A stretch of 64,000 nt of DNA from Octopus vulgaris. Taxonomy: Eukaryota. Position 1 is the stretch's first letter. Each line of letters starts with the position of its first letter. The notes below the pieces were generated by a model. That model was not told the DNA's origin. It did no database searches and saw only the letters and a program-made list of their open reading frames with translations. Below, piece after piece: positions 1-14,831 of the stretch. A program made the position numbers and the translations under genes. The stretch is taken from positions 13,826,001 through 13,890,000 of the forward strand of contig OX597822.1 of assembly GCA_951406725.2 (NCBI GenBank), read 5' to 3'.

Positions 1-78
1 GTTAATTTTACGAGTGGGCTGTTCCGTTTATTTATTGGATCAACTGGATCTCTCGTCGTCACAATTGGTGGACAGCCA
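1..78 (+). mobile_element. 3' tail of tRNA-derived SINE (same family as 3625-3992), cut by window edge
   Basis: gttaattttacgag..ggctgttccgtt..ggatcaactgga..ctcgtcgtc aligns by eye to 3918-3992. Confidence 0.75.
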
Positions 79-262
79 CACTTACACATACACATACACA
101 TGTACATATAGAATTAAATACCGTATTATAAAGCTATGAATTCTTTTCTCGCCTGCAAATCTGAACGTACCTGTTCAACGCACACTACCACACGCATATA
201 CATACACATATATGTGTGAGTGTGTGTGTGTGTGTGTGTAGTTATTTCAAAATGTAACCACA

Positions 263-440
263 TGTGAATCGTTGGCGATTTTCTTCCTCCGTTTTCCCTT
301 CTTTGGGACTTTACACTATTTCCGAAGAAGAGCGTCTACTTGAAACGTTAAACCATCTTTCCTTTCCTGAGAGTCTACAAATACCTTACATGTACCACGT
401 CCTCGCGTTGTTGTTTTTTGTGTTCCTTTTTGGATTTGTT
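263..440 (+). mobile_element. PLE-type 3' terminal segment with degenerate minimal hammerhead motif (family D)
   Basis: Similar to 6153-6349 and revcomp of 57999-58172; ccgaaga-agagc..gaaacgtt-aaac at 318-353; followed by (CA)n(TA)n. Confidence 0.6.
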
Positions 441-503
<63 letters not shown>

Positions 504-505
<2 letters not shown>

Positions 506-683
506 GGTCCCGGGTTGATTCGGGGTTAACCACAGTAAATAAGGTACTCAATACATAGCAGAGTAAAATTAATTTATTATATAGAAGGAGCTTTACAGGA
601 CTAGAACTGTTTCATTCAAGAGAAATCTTCAAGATTTCTCTTGAATGAAACAGTTCTAGTCCTGTAGAAGCTCCTTCTATATA

Positions 684-689
<6 letters not shown>
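504..689. mobile_element. Short fold-back insertion of hammerhead element family H in a (TA)n array
   Basis: 504-630 nearly identical to 27048-27174; 572-689 is a palindrome centred at 630 with one 1-nt indel; (TA)n on both sides. Confidence 0.9.
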
Positions 690-731
<42 letters not shown>

Positions 732-1387
732 TATATACATGTATATATACACATACAGAGAGGGAGAGAGAAAGATAAATGTATACACATACATATACAT
801 ACATACCTATATACATTTGTTTGTGCCTTCCCGTCTGTGTAATTATTTTTGCCTGATTCTCTCGTTCAGTATATTTACATATGTAATATACTTTCCCGTC
901 AGTATTTCTGTCCGAGTTCACTAGTTCTAAATATACCATTGTATTAGTATCATGTATGTATTGTCGACCATCTGATTTATTTTAACTGTATGTATGATGA
1001 CGTGTGCGTGTGTGTGGTTATTTCTGTGTGTCCCCAAGAAGTTAAAGACACGGTATATTGTTGTATGTATACATGTTTGATAGAGCAGGCGCGTGTAAAG
1101 TTAATTAAGGTTTTGGTAATTAAAATATACATCAACATGTGCTTGCTGATGGTTGCAATTCGCTCTGGTCTCAGTACGAACCCCCTGACTTCACAGTATA
1201 CGTTCATACACACAGAAGTCAACCAGTGTTACATATGTGATCAAACAAGTTCGATTATTGATGACACGCTCTCAAGCACGCAATCAATCCTGTGGCTATA
1301 TTTTATTAAGTAATTCTGCCGAAGCAGTGCTCGCACACACGCATCATACATAGACATATCTTCACATTACAGTACACACACACATAT

Positions 1388-1434
<47 letters not shown>

Positions 1435-1720
1435 CACACATATATAAACACGCGTGCAAACACACACACACACACACACACACGCACATGTATACTTACG
1501 CTTATCTAACCCCATCACTCATTATATCAATATATGTATTTATGTGTATATACACGTACTTATGTTCATAAGCTTCCTATATATATAAGTATAAATGTAT
1601 GTATAGAATATATATATACTTATATATGTATACACACTTATATATATACATACATATAATATATATATATATTTATATATATATATATATACATATTATA
1701 TGTGTATATATATATATATA

Positions 1721-1758
<38 letters not shown>

Positions 1759-1764
1759 CATATA

Positions 1765-1796
<32 letters not shown>

Positions 1797-2600
1797 ATAT
1801 GCATACATATATATATGCATACATACATATAATGTGTCACACATAAACGGCATACAAACGTATGCACACACACACACACGCACATGTGCACACATGTTTC
1901 GCTTCCTTCCTTTCCTATAATTGTTTGTCTCTGCTTTGCTCTGCATTGTTGAATGTCACTGTGTTTCTATGCGCGTGTGTGTGTAATGTGTAACGTGTGT
2001 GTGTGTGTGTGTGTGGTCACATGTACACATATGTTGGGCTTTGTGTAACTGGTCACGTATGTGAATGTAAGGTGTTGTGTTGTGCGTGTGTGTGTGTGTG
2101 TGCATGCGCCCACGTAATGTAGAGAGAGAGTGTATGTGTGTGTGTGTGTATTTGTGTGTGTGTGTGTGTGTTTGTGTGTATGTGTGTGTGCATGCGCCCA
2201 CGTAATGTAGAGAGAGAAAGAGAGAGAGTGTATGTGTGTGCGTGTGTGTGTGTTTGTGTGTGTGTGCGTGTTTGTGTGTTTAGCAATCAGTAAGCTGACC
2301 TCGGTTGTTGACGTCCTCTCATTTATTTAATTATTGCTTCTATTTGAGACATAAGAAGACTAAATCAGTTTCAGACTTCAGCTCTATAACCAGCCAACCA
2401 GCCAGCCAACCGGCCAGTCAGTCAATCAGCCAGCCACCTAACTGGCCAGCCAGCCAACCTTGAAGTCAACCAGTTACAGCAGCAAACTGCATTAAGAAAT
2501 CTCACCAGTTAAGCATCCAGCAAACTGTTTCACTCACCAGCACCACAGCCACCTCGGCCATCATAGCTCTCACGACCATGAGCATCGCAGAACTACGACT

Positions 2601-2825
2601 ACCTATTTCTTTATTACCCACAAGGAGCTAAACACAGAGAGGACAAACAAGGACATACATAGGTATTAAGTCGATTACATCGACCCCAGTGCGTAACTGG
2701 TACTTAATTTATCGACCCCGAAAGGATGAAAGGCAAAGTCGACCTCGTCGGAATTTGAACTCACAACGTAGCGGCAGACGAAATACCGCTCAGCATTTCG
2801 TCCGGCGTGCTAACGTTTACCGCCA
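2601..2825 (-). mobile_element. tRNA-derived SINE family C (Deu/Nin-like core)
   Basis: Revcomp gives gagttcaaattcc B-box, then gtcgactttgcctttcatcctttcggggtcgataaattaagtaccag; more than 10 related copies in the window. Confidence 0.8.
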
Positions 2826-2931
2826 CCACCACCACAGTCATATCAGCAGTCCAGCTCTACCATCACCACAACTACAAAATGCTCGATCCTCTATTAGAAG
2901 ATCTCCAAAGAGACAGAGACAGAGACAGAGC

Positions 2932-3001
<70 letters not shown>

Positions 3002-3624
3002 GAGAGGGAGAGAGAGAGAAAGAAAGAGAGAGAGAGATCGTAACAGTAAACCACAAATCAGAATGTTGGAAATTTGGCTGATTAAAGAGGTTATTCACAA
3101 ACACACACACATACACACATACATACATGTAGAGGCATTTATGTGTGTGTGTGTGTGTGCGTGCGCGCGCGCACATAAATGATAGAAAATGTAATGAGAT
3201 GACATTATTTAAAGTCACTACAATTGTTTCGACACCTTTTAAAACCCGTAGTACATTAGTAAGCCGTATAATCATTGTCAAGCATTCATTTTTCTTTCTT
3301 TCTATATTTTGTATTTCGATTATAATTGTATTTTGTCCGTCTATTTATATCCATGGGTTTAGTTTTCTCTGTAAATTGCTGGAAAATGATACATAATTTT
3401 GATATGCTTTCTCGTGCTGAATGAAATGACAATAGGATCTAAGGAATGATTTATTTAAACATTCAACTGAGGAGGTGCATTTTGCACCTTGGATGGATGA
3501 TTACACAATACTTCACCAATGTACTATGGGTGGATAATGTGTCGAAACAATTATAGTGATTTTTAAATAGAAAATGTCGATCATTTCATTTTCTATCGTT
3601 TATCTATTTATATAGGCTCTACGT

Positions 3625-3992
3625 GGAGGCGCAATGGCCCAGTGATCAGGGCAGCGGACTGGCGATCGTTGGATCGCTGTTTCGATTCCCAGACCGGGCG
3701 ATGTGAGTGTTTATAGAACGGAAACAGTTAAAGCTCCACGACGCTCCGGCAGTGGGTGGTGGCGAACCCTGCTGCACTCTTTTTCTGACTCTTTCTTCGT
3801 GTTTCTGTTGTACCTGTATTTCAAGGGGCCGGCCTTGTCACATTCTGTGTCACGCTGAATCTCCCCGAGAACTACGTTAAGGGTACACGTGTCTGTGCAG
3901 TGCTCAGCCACTTGCACGTTAATTTCACGAGCAGGCTGTTCCGTTGATCGGATCAAATGGAACCCTCATCGTCGTAAACGATAGAATGCCAC
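3625..3992 (+). mobile_element. Full-length tRNA-derived SINE family A with target-site duplication
   Basis: A-box tggcccagtga, B-box gtttcgattcc; TSD ataggctctacg (3612-3623) / atagactctacg (3994-4005). Confidence 0.85.
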
Positions 3993-4691
3993 AATAGACT
4001 CTACGAACTATGGAATTCCTGCTTAATATCCATTAGTGGGTGCGTTTCCACTATATGATAACAGCAGGCAGCTAATAGCTGTGGATGAGCTTTGCATAGA
4101 TGTTTTTACTCGAATTTTATTCAATTACATACGTCCGTGTATGTGTGTATGTGGGGGGGGAGTGAGTGTATGCATGCATTCATGATGTATATATATGTAC
4201 ATCCTACTAACAACAAGAACAACAATCAAGAGCTGTACTTAGCTCATTGGTTAATATGTCAATAACAATTTGTATATGTCGCAAAGTTACATATTTGCAT
4301 AGATCTCGGCTGAACTCCGACTTCATTCTGTGTTAATAAGGGTATTTTAAAGTTCAAATACCGCAGTAAAGAGGGGGAAATCTAAATGTGTTTATGCGCG
4401 TATGTGCGTTCGCTTTTGTTTTTACACTGATATTTCCAACCTGTAGTATCTTCCTAATGCATTTTTACCTGTAGGTACATACACACACACACACACAAAC
4501 ACGTGCGCATGCATAGCGTACATATTTACATACACATATATACACAAAAAGCATTAACACACATAAACGTGCATATATGCATGTATGTAGACACAACATA
4601 CACATAGACACATGTATGTTTATGTATGTTCGTACGCGCACAAAAACAGACTCATATATATGCATGCAAGGATACACACACACAGACATAC

Positions 4692-4773
<82 letters not shown>

Positions 4774-4874
4774 CTATACACACATACACACACATATATA
4801 CATATATATATGTATATACATACATATATGGTTATATCTATGTATATAGGTACATATATATGTATGTGTATGCA

Positions 4875-4956
<82 letters not shown>

Positions 4957-5365
4957 ATATATATATGTATGTATATATATGTATATATATCTATGTATAT
5001 ATATATATATGTATATATATATATGTATAGTATTGCTTCTGCTTATCACTTATTTGACCAATGTTCTTCGTGCGGCTCTGAGCAAACGAAGCGTCAATGG
5101 AACGTCTGCTAACAAACCCAGCTCCTATCACAATCATCAACGATGAAGAAATTCCATTGTTCTGCCGTTTACATCATTTTATCACCTCATCTCAAAATTC
5201 AATTCGGAAGAACCTCTTAATTTTATTCTACACCGTTTGTATGTTCTTTGACAAATAATTGCCTTTTTCTTTCTTTCATTCCCTTATATTTTTCTTGACG
5301 TAATTATTGAGCATACAGAATACACAGACACTCACGTACACACATATATGTAAGTATGTATGTAT

Positions 5366-5472
<107 letters not shown>

Positions 5473-5982
5473 CTATGTATGTATGTTTGTAATTTTCTGA
5501 TTGTTTATACATTTGAAAGATATTTCTCCATGTTCAGTCCAGATCTTAATCTTTCTATTTCTTTCTGTTCAGAAAAGAAACGAACCATATTCTTATGTTT
5601 CTTCGGTTCAGATCAACAACGACACTGCGCTCTCTCATTATTGTTCTTTTTTATTATTATTTTTTTTTAGCTTTCTTGAATGTGGAAAGTGTTAGTACGA
5701 TTGTATTTATGGTTATTGCTGGTGTTCTACGATGTTACTTTGTCGTTCTTGTTCTGATCATTCTTGATTTATTGTTCTTATTTCAGTTTTGTTAGCTATT
5801 TATGCTTGATCCCTTTCCTTTATTACTTCTTAGTTTTCTGTATGAATTTTGGGGTCTGTTGTCTTGTTTATTTATTCATTTATTTATTTTGTTTCGGTTT
5901 TGGGAAAAAATGCAGTTTTTCAAGTTTGACGATTCGCTAGCGATATCTGTGTTAATTAGGAATGTATGTGTGTAAGTAGGCA

Positions 5983-6023
<41 letters not shown>

Positions 6024-6035
6024 GTACATATGTAC

Positions 6036-6079
<44 letters not shown>

Positions 6080-6152
6080 CACACACATATATATATATAT
6101 ATAAATGTGTGTGTATATATATGTATGTGTGTGTGTATCTGTGTGTCTGTGT

Positions 6153-6349
6153 GACCGTGTGTGTATCGTTGGCGATTTTCTTTCTCCTTTTTCCCTTCTT
6201 TGGACTTTTTCTATATTTCTGATGAAGAGCTCCGCTCGAAACGTGAAATCCTCTCTCCTTTCTTTCCTTTCCTTAGCGTCCAATAACACAGTACTTGTAC
6301 CACGTCCTCGCGTTGAGGTTTTTCTTGCTTCTTCTTGTTTGGATTGACT
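6153..6349 (+). mobile_element. PLE-type 3' terminal segment, family D
   Basis: Clear copies at 263-440 and 57999-58172 (revcomp); ends at a TA/TG microsatellite; contains a hammerhead core. Confidence 0.7.
6215..6249 (+). ncRNA. Minimal type I hammerhead-like motif (GUG triplet, probably inactive)
   Basis: attt-CTGATGA-a-gagc tcc gctc-GAAAC-GTG-aaat: helix I attt/aaat, helix II gagc/gctc, palindromic ACGT in place of helix III. Confidence 0.65.
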
Positions 6350-7299
6350 ATATGTATGTGGGTGTGTGTGTATATATACTCAGATGTACATGTGTGTCTG
6401 AGTGTGTGTGTGTGTGTATATATATACGTGTATATATATATATATATGTGTGTATGTATGTTATCTCTGTGTGTGTGCGTGCGTGCGTGTGTGTGTCTGC
6501 GTCTGTATCTCACCAATGTGTGACAAGAGAGAGAGGGAGGGAGAGAATTGTTTCCTGGTGGTAGCAAATTAATAGATTCTCCTATGAAAGGTTCTGTCCG
6601 AATATTTTCCAATTCACAATGGAGCAATTTATTCCGGTTTTAAAAGTTAAAAATATTAACTGAAGTCAGCAATAACAGCTCTGACGGGTCTAGCATTGGC
6701 CTGCATTCGTAGATATTAGTATAAAATAAGTTAAAACAATTATGAGATACATTAATTTGCCACGTAGAAGAGCAAAAATTTTGCCGTATTGGATAGAATT
6801 CTTTGTTTGAGATAAACGTTTTCTGGAGATACTGTATAAATAAATTGGAAGTTGTGAAAGACAGAAAGAAAAGAAAAAAGCCAAAAATGAAGGCGAAAAA
6901 AGGATGCTACAGTCAGTAGTCAGTGGTCAGTAGTACATAGAATAAATGACGGAATAAATCCAGTGAAGAAAAATTACTTTTAAACATTTTTTGTTCACTA
7001 ATCAGTCTTATTAAAGGACTTTGGGATGTCTTTCATTGCATTTTTTTTTTATCGTTTTTAATTTATTTTTCGTTTGGCATCAGTATCTTGGGCATTCGTC
7101 TCAGTAAAAGCCCACACTGGCTGCAATATTCTCGGTTTTCTTATGTATTCATTATCTTGTGTGCTTCCGGAACAAAATCCATTGGCGATTTATTTCCAGC
7201 GAGTTCATAATAGTAATACAGCGCCTCGATAGGTGATTGACGTTTTCCAGGGACAGGTTATAAAGATGAATCCCCTACAAATATAAACAGTTGAAGGCA

Positions 7300-7343
<44 letters not shown>

Positions 7344-7914
7344 CTGAAGACCTATTTACGCATTTATCTCTGTAAAGAAGAAAGCTAAAATAAAATTGCA
7401 TGTGATCGAATGAAAAGCTTGGGGCGGGAGATATTTTATCCATTTATATGTGTGTTTGTGTGCCTGTATGTGCTTGTGTGTTTCTGTGTATGTATGTACA
7501 TATACAGTTGTGCGAATATTTACAGGATCTTAAGATAGTCTGTATATTCTCACGTAGCATTCGCAGGCGCATGGCGCCGTGTGAACAGTGTAAGCGAACC
7601 GCACAGGGCGGCCATTTTATATACGTTTGCATCCTGTAGTTAAAGGTATGTATTACGTTTAAGGAAGTGGATAGCTAATTTGGTTTCGACACAGGGCGCT
7701 CAAAACCATGATACTCTACTGAGCGTTTGTTAACCTTAAATATTTAGATGAGTAAGAATAGAAAAAGTGAATATAATAGCTTTCCTGTCGTCTAAAAATG
7801 ACTCAAATGGCTCTCATGTGATATAATTACCAACATTTTAACGTTTTCCAATATATATACCTAATTTTTGTTTTAAGAAAAGAATCCAGCCATGAATAAT
7901 AAAAATGGCGACAA

Positions 7915-8336
7915 ATAGAGGTTGGTGGAATCATCAGAGCGTATTTCTTCCGTCTTTTAATGTTTCGAGTTCAAATCCCGCTGATTTCAATTTTGCCTTT
8001 CGTTCCTCTTGGTTGAATAAAATAAAGCGCCAGACAAGAAATGGAATTGGTGTTTTCGATAAATAATGGGATTCACGTTTCTCTTCCACTAAATATTATT
8101 GGTTTTGTGCCTAAATTAGAAGCAATGATACTAATAATTTTGGCATAAGACCAGCAATTCTGAGAGAAAAGGGCAAGCGCCAATTACATCGACCCTCAGA
8201 CTTAAATGGTACCTTAGCTTATCGACCCGGAAAGGTTTAAGGATAAAGTTGGTCACAGCAGGATTTAAACTCAGAATGTAAAGAGCCAGAACGAACGCCA
8301 CCGACCTCCTAACGATTCTGCCAGTTCACCGCGTTT

Positions 8337-8387
<51 letters not shown>

Positions 8388-8594
8388 GATTTTACATTTT
8401 GGCACAAGGCCAGCAATTTCGGGGAAGTAGGTAAGTCGATTAAATGTACCCAGTATTCAACTGGTACTTTTTTATCCACCCCGAAAGGGTGAAAGGCAAA
8501 GTCAACCTCTTCTGAATTTGAGCTCAGAACATGAAAGACGGACGAAACGCTGCTTAGCATTTTGTCCAGTGTGCTAACAATTCTGCCAGCTCGC
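7915..8594. mobile_element. Cluster of three family C SINEs (about 7915-8125 +, 8140-8332 -, 8390-8594 -)
   Basis: Each has the gagttcaaat box and the gcctttcatcc..gtcgataa core or its revcomp; separated by (AAT)n. Confidence 0.7.
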
Positions 8595-8607
8595 TCACTG
8601 CCTTTTC

Positions 8608-8728
<121 letters not shown>

Positions 8729-9002
8729 ATTCCTTTATTCGCCACACGGGTGCAATATGAAGAACATTACAAAGATGCAATTGAGTATTATGAAAATTTA
8801 TCTAGCCAGATACTTGTCTGTCAATCATTTTGTGTGCGTGTGTGTGTGTGTATTACTTTTCTTTAATTCTCTATTTTTTTCTTGTCTGGTATCTCTACCT
8901 TTCTCTTTCTATACTCGCGCCTGTGTGCAGGGGTGCGTGTTTGCATTTATCGGTGTATGTTAGCATGGATCAACCTACGCATTCGTCCTCTCATCTCATC
9001 TC

Positions 9003-9092
<90 letters not shown>

Positions 9093-9096
9093 TTAG

Positions 9097-9225
9097 TTGG
9101 AATTTACAAAACAAAACAAAAGACGAAGATAGGTGTGTAGACAACAAACGGATGTATTAGTTTAACGCTCGTGAAGTGAGAAAGTCTTTTACGTTTCGAG
9201 CCTACGCTCTTCAACAGAAATGAAT
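9097..9225 (-). mobile_element. PLE-type 3' terminal segment related to family D, with hammerhead-like motif at 9187-9222
   Basis: Revcomp: ttt-CTGTTGA-a-gagc gtag gctc-GAAAC-GTA-aaa; 3' end abuts a (CTAT)n array. Confidence 0.6.
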
Positions 9226-9820
9226 ACCTATCTATCTCTCTCTCTATCCATCTACGTGACTTTTCCATAATTCCTCTGTCCACGCCCTCTCTCCCTTTCT
9301 TTCTCTCTCTCTCTCTCTCTCTTTCACATACACACATACATATACATACACACATATGCAAGTACATACGTAAAGAGAGTAATGTTAAATTAAAATGGCT
9401 AGAGAGAGAGATGGGGGGGGGTAGAGAAAGCGGGAGGGTCACAGACAGTGATAGAGACAGGCAGAATGGCCGGACAAAGACAGAGAGAGACGGTAATAGC
9501 ATAACATACTCAAAGAGAAAATCATAAAGATATTTCAATACCCAAACATACACAAATTCATAACCTCTCATACAAAATGCACAGAAACTAGTTGATTGAA
9601 GTACATGCACGAACCTTGGTGATGGCAAAAACACACAAATTGAAACCACACTCACATGCAAACATGCATAACTACACATAAATGTAGTTAGAAATGAACA
9701 CATACATGCAGACACAATGCACTCACACACACCCACACACATATACACTGCACGGCTCTTGCAGGAACATACGCACATACATAAACGTACATACAGGCAT
9801 GCATGCATGCACACATACAT

Positions 9821-9879
<59 letters not shown>

Positions 9880-9940
9880 TATATACATATATATATATAT
9901 GCACATATATATACATACACATACATATATGCATATGTAT

Positions 9941-9973
<33 letters not shown>

Positions 9974-10829
9974 CACATGTGTATATATATATACATATAT
10001 ATGCATATATATATATATGTGTATACTCACGTGCATACTTATATGCATGCATATATTTATATACAAACAGACACACACATGTATATAGGTGTAATCATAT
10101 GTGCATAAAACGTATACGCTGAGAGACAGGCATATACGCTTACAAAATACATGGAGACATGCGCGCGCGCATACATACACGCGCAGATAACAGCATAGTG
10201 CCATAGGCAAAATAAAAAAAAATAAAAATGGGGGGAGCGAATCAAAACAAAGTAACTTGACACAAAAAATTACAAAATAAAGCAAAAAAAAAATAGAATC
10301 CAAATTCTTTTCGGTTTGGTTAGATTAAACTACACAATATACTAAGATAGAAGAAATCAGTGTAGAACCGTACTGAAAAGAGAATAATCACTACCGAAGC
10401 CCCAAACAACCAAAATCAACCAAGAAAGGATAAAAAAAAAAAAGAAGAAAGAATCAAAGAAGTAAAATCAGAAAAGGAAAATAGAGAGGAATAAAGAGCG
10501 AGTAAGAACGGCGATCAGTAACAATGAAAGGATAAGTTTTGGGTTTTTTTATTATGTTTTATTTAGCGAAAAAAAAACAAAAATGAGAAAGATGACATCA
10601 ACAATGGAATGGAACTAGGAAAGATTCCAAAAGATCAAAAGATTCCATCTTGTTTTATTCATCTTTGTTAGTTAAAGAAAATATGTTGTCTATGTACGTA
10701 TACATACATACATACATATACATACATACATACATATACATACATACATACATACATATACATACACACACACACACACATATCTATATATCTATATTTA
10801 TGTATATATGTCTATACATACATGTATTA

Positions 10830-10903
<74 letters not shown>

Positions 10904-10974
10904 ATATATATATACTTGATATATACATAGCCACATATATACATACGTATATCTCTGTGCGTGATTGTTTATAA

Positions 10975-11006
<32 letters not shown>

Positions 11007-11352
11007 GTACTATCCTTTCTTTCTCTCCTTAGCTTCTGTTATCCACTTGTGTCCATGCTGGAGCAACACCAATGCACGCGTGCACTTCATCGTTCACCTC
11101 CGCATTTGTTGTCTGAGTGCAGTGACTGCTGTCGCCGTCCTATTCCCTGCTTTGTGCAATCCTTTCTCATAGTCTCAACATTAATTCCATGTCCGTTCTC
11201 TTATTTTCCAAGAGACAAGACAGAAGACGTGTTACAATTTGAGACGCAGGCTGTTTGGAGTTCCTCGATTTCACAGGAGACGAACAAAGAGCGCCCTCTG
11301 AATGTGGCAGTCTGAGAAGACCTTTATTTGGAGCAATAATTTAGCCATTCAT

Positions 11353-11690
11353 GAAGTCGCATGGCCCAGTAGTTAGAGCATCGGGCTCACAGTCATGCAG
11401 TAGTGAGTTCGACTCCAGGTCCGGATCGTGTGTTGTATTCTTGAGCTAAACACTTTATTTTATGTTGCTTCAGTTCACTCAGCTGTAGAAATGAGTTACG
11501 AGGTCACTGGTGCCAAGCTGTATTGGCCCCTTTGCCTTTCCCTTGGATAACACTGGTTGCGCGAAGAGGGGAGGCTGGTATACGTGGGTGACTGCTGGTC
11601 TTCCATAAACAACCTTGCCCGGACTTGTGCCTCAGTGGAGAACTTTCTTTGTGCAGTTCCCTGATCTTTCATGACCGAATTGGGTCTTTT
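11353..11690 (+). mobile_element. tRNA-derived SINE family E
   Basis: tggcccagtagttagagc A-box, gagttcgactcc B-box, then ttcttgagc..acactttattt..cagttcactcagctg; related to 54103-54340 and 55100-55320. Confidence 0.7.
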
Positions 11691-12223
11691 AATTTAGGGA
11701 CTGAAGCTAAACCCTTTGGGTGTTGGAATCTTGTTCTGAATATTCTTAGGGTCTATCCAATTGTGTTCTGCAAAGTTTTGTCATTTTCAAAATATGTGCA
11801 CAAAACGTTGACTCACAACGTACTACAGCCTTGAGCTGCCGCAGTTTTCTGACTCGGCAAACTCTCCTGGCCTCGTGAATTCATGTTGTGCTATGTTGTG
11901 TTGCGTATTCATAGCGAAGCGCCTGAAACTTGCCGATATTTGAGATTTTATGATATTTCATTCAGCTCATATGTTGTGGAAGGACTTTTTATCGGTTTTT
12001 GATATCTAATGTGTATGGGTGCGTGTGTAGGCATATATATGTGCTTGTGTGTGTATGCATGTATACACACACGCACACACGCACGTACACACTCACACAC
12101 ACACACATATATATATATATATAAATAAGGATAAGATCGTTAATATATATAAATACACACTCACCTACACAGACATAAATATATACATGTGTGTGTGTGT
12201 GTAGATATCGCTAAAATATGGTT

Positions 12224-12278
<55 letters not shown>

Positions 12279-12928
12279 TTTATGTTTATATCTACATATA
12301 TATTGTGTATACACACTCACACACACAAACACACATACAGGCACATACGTTCATATATGTGTGGAATATTTGCATCTATGTGTGCGTGTGTGTGTGTATT
12401 TAAACACAGATGTACATATAATTGCATAAAAATACAGTTAATAAAAAAAAGAAAAAAACACAATGAAATAATCAATATAACCATGGAAGAGTATGATGAC
12501 AAAATCAACAAGAAAACAAACATCAGATACTATGACAGTAATAATATCATCTGGGCAAAATATCAAAATCGAAAGATCTTAAAGCGAAAGATAGCATATG
12601 CATAAGTAAATGTCCTGCCACGCTGAACATAAGAGAGAAAACGATATGTACAGATACATATATACACATTTGTGTACATGTATGTGTATGAGCCGTTTTT
12701 ATATTTGCTTGCTCACAACATGGCCAGACGTTTCAACTCTTGGTTCTACGGAGAAGACAATTTCATAGAAAAATACAAGAAAACAATGAGCAGAATTGAA
12801 TTATCTTCCCTTGTTGGAGAGAACAATAAGCTTAATATATCTATTCTACATTATTCTCCCTTTTACTAGTTTTCGTTTTGGCTTTTTTGCAGAATACTAC
12901 GATCATCCGATTAAATCATTACGTGTCT

Positions 12929-12988
<60 letters not shown>

Positions 12989-13559
12989 ATGTGTGTGTAT
13001 ATATGTGTGTGTATATATATATATATATGCGTGTATATATATATATGTGTGTGTGTATATATATGTGTGTGTGTGTATATATATGTGTGTGTTTATATAT
13101 ATATGTATATATATGTTTATATTTATACATATGCATAGACGCACACACATACACACATACACACATACATACATACAGATATACATTCAGACAAACAGAC
13201 AAACAAACAAAAACACACACACATAATGGATTCTCTAGTCGACCCAGACCTATGAGGGTCCAAGCAGTCACTATCACAACTGTTAGACTACCCACATAGT
13301 TGACTTGATTTCGATGAAGAAGCCTTTTATAGGATCACTCACACTTTTAGGAAATCCTCATACCAGAAATTAGGGAAAATGTTTGCCATGGACTTAATGA
13401 AGTTCGTATCTCAGGCTTTTCTATAAGAGTACTTGTTTGGATACTAAACTGGTGCTAATTTCACTCTGGAATTTTGCCTCTATATCTACACATGGACAAG
13501 AGTTGTGTGCATACATGCATATATACGTACATGTATGTGAGTGGGGGTATCTACCGACA

Positions 13560-13833
13560 TATCAAATGTAAGCATAACAGGCCGGATATTGTTGTTTGGG
13601 ACAGAAGGGCAAAGGTATGTACCGTCGTAGAGGTCAAATGCCCTAAAGATATAAATAATTCTTTGAAAATCAAAGAAAAAGAGGATATCTATGGACAACT
13701 GCTTCAAAACCTCCAGCTTCTGTATCAGAACTATGAATTCATATTCATTCCAATGATAATTGGAGCTCTAGGGTTTGCTAGTAAATGCTTAAAAGAGAAT
13801 CTGCACAAAAGATTTTGGAATGTAAGTTGTTGA
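13560..13833 (+). pseudogene. Restriction-like endonuclease (RLE) domain fragment of a non-LTR retrotransposon
   Basis: NRPDIVVWD..VVEVKCP..KEKEDIYGQL..IPMIIGALG matches the RPD..E..K..KY..GALG RLE signature. Confidence 0.8.
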
Positions 13834-13834
13834 A

Positions 13835-14085
13835 GGAAGATGAACAAAACACCCTTGATTCCACAGGTGAATTATTCAAACCCCAAAGTATTCCTTTCAA
13901 CGCATGGCTATTATGCTCTCCCACTTTTTCTACTCCTGATCAGAGGTGCGCATATGGTCAGCCATTAAGGGACATGCTCAGCTAGTTGAGGTCAAGAAAC
14001 TGACCAGAATATTTGCTGTATCCCATCTTTTAGACCAAGAGAAAACATGGACATCTTAACACTTCCAATCAGTTAAGATCAGAAA
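13835..14085 (-). mobile_element. 3' UTR fragment of R4/Dong-like LINE
   Basis: Revcomp similar to 39210-39460. Confidence 0.65.
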
Positions 14086-14221
14086 TAGCGCAGGCGTACT
14101 GTATTAACGCAGGCGTACTGCATCACAGCAATATGCTACATCAGGGCATTATTATCCTCCTCCTCCTCCTCCTCCTCCTCATCATCATTATTATTATTAT
14201 TATTATTTTCATCATCATCAT

Positions 14222-14417
14222 TTGTTAAACAGACTGGGCGAAATGTTTAGCGGTATTTCGTCAGCCGCTACGTTCTGAGTTCAAATTCTGCCGGGGTCAA
14301 CTTTACCTGTCATCCTTTCGAGGTCGATAACTGAAGTACCAGTTAAACACTGGGTCGATGTATTCGCCTTAACCCCTCCCTCAAAATTACTGCCCTATTG
14401 GGAATATTTGAAACCAT
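14222..14417 (+). mobile_element. SINE family C
   Basis: gttctgagttcaaattc..tcatcctttcgaggtcgataa..gtaccag. Confidence 0.75.
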
Positions 14418-14429
14418 TACTATTATCAT

Positions 14430-14712
14430 TATTAAGTGAAAGATCAGCGCATGCCATGAAAGTGACAGGATATTTTTTGAATTTCTTCCATTTTTGGAAT
14501 TCTTGGTATATGAGCTAGGTAGCAATCAGCCTCTTTTGCTATCATTCCTAGGGCACCTATGACAACATCTATTGTATTACTCTCGAGGTTCCACATTTTG
14601 CCAATTCTGTTTCAAGGTCTTTATAGTTGCTCAGTTTTGGTAGGTTTTGTAAGATACATTTATGTCGAATGGGATAGTCATGTCTATGAGGAGATATGAT
14701 TTTTGCCTGAAA
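14430..14712 (-). pseudogene. R4/Dong-like LINE 3' fragment (RLE end and terminus) between (AAT)n arrays
   Basis: [16 protein letters not shown] followed by an IGALG-like stretch; terminus tgtcactttcatggcatgcg..tcactt matches 39667-39700; (ATT)n at 14714-14830. Confidence 0.65.
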
Positions 14713-14722
14713 TTTATTATTA

Positions 14723-14831
<109 letters not shown>

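Noticed and set aside
9104-10303. 399-aa ORF and the many YI/HT/CV/ER-repeat ORFs across the window
   Set aside because: Translations of dinucleotide and tetranucleotide microsatellites.
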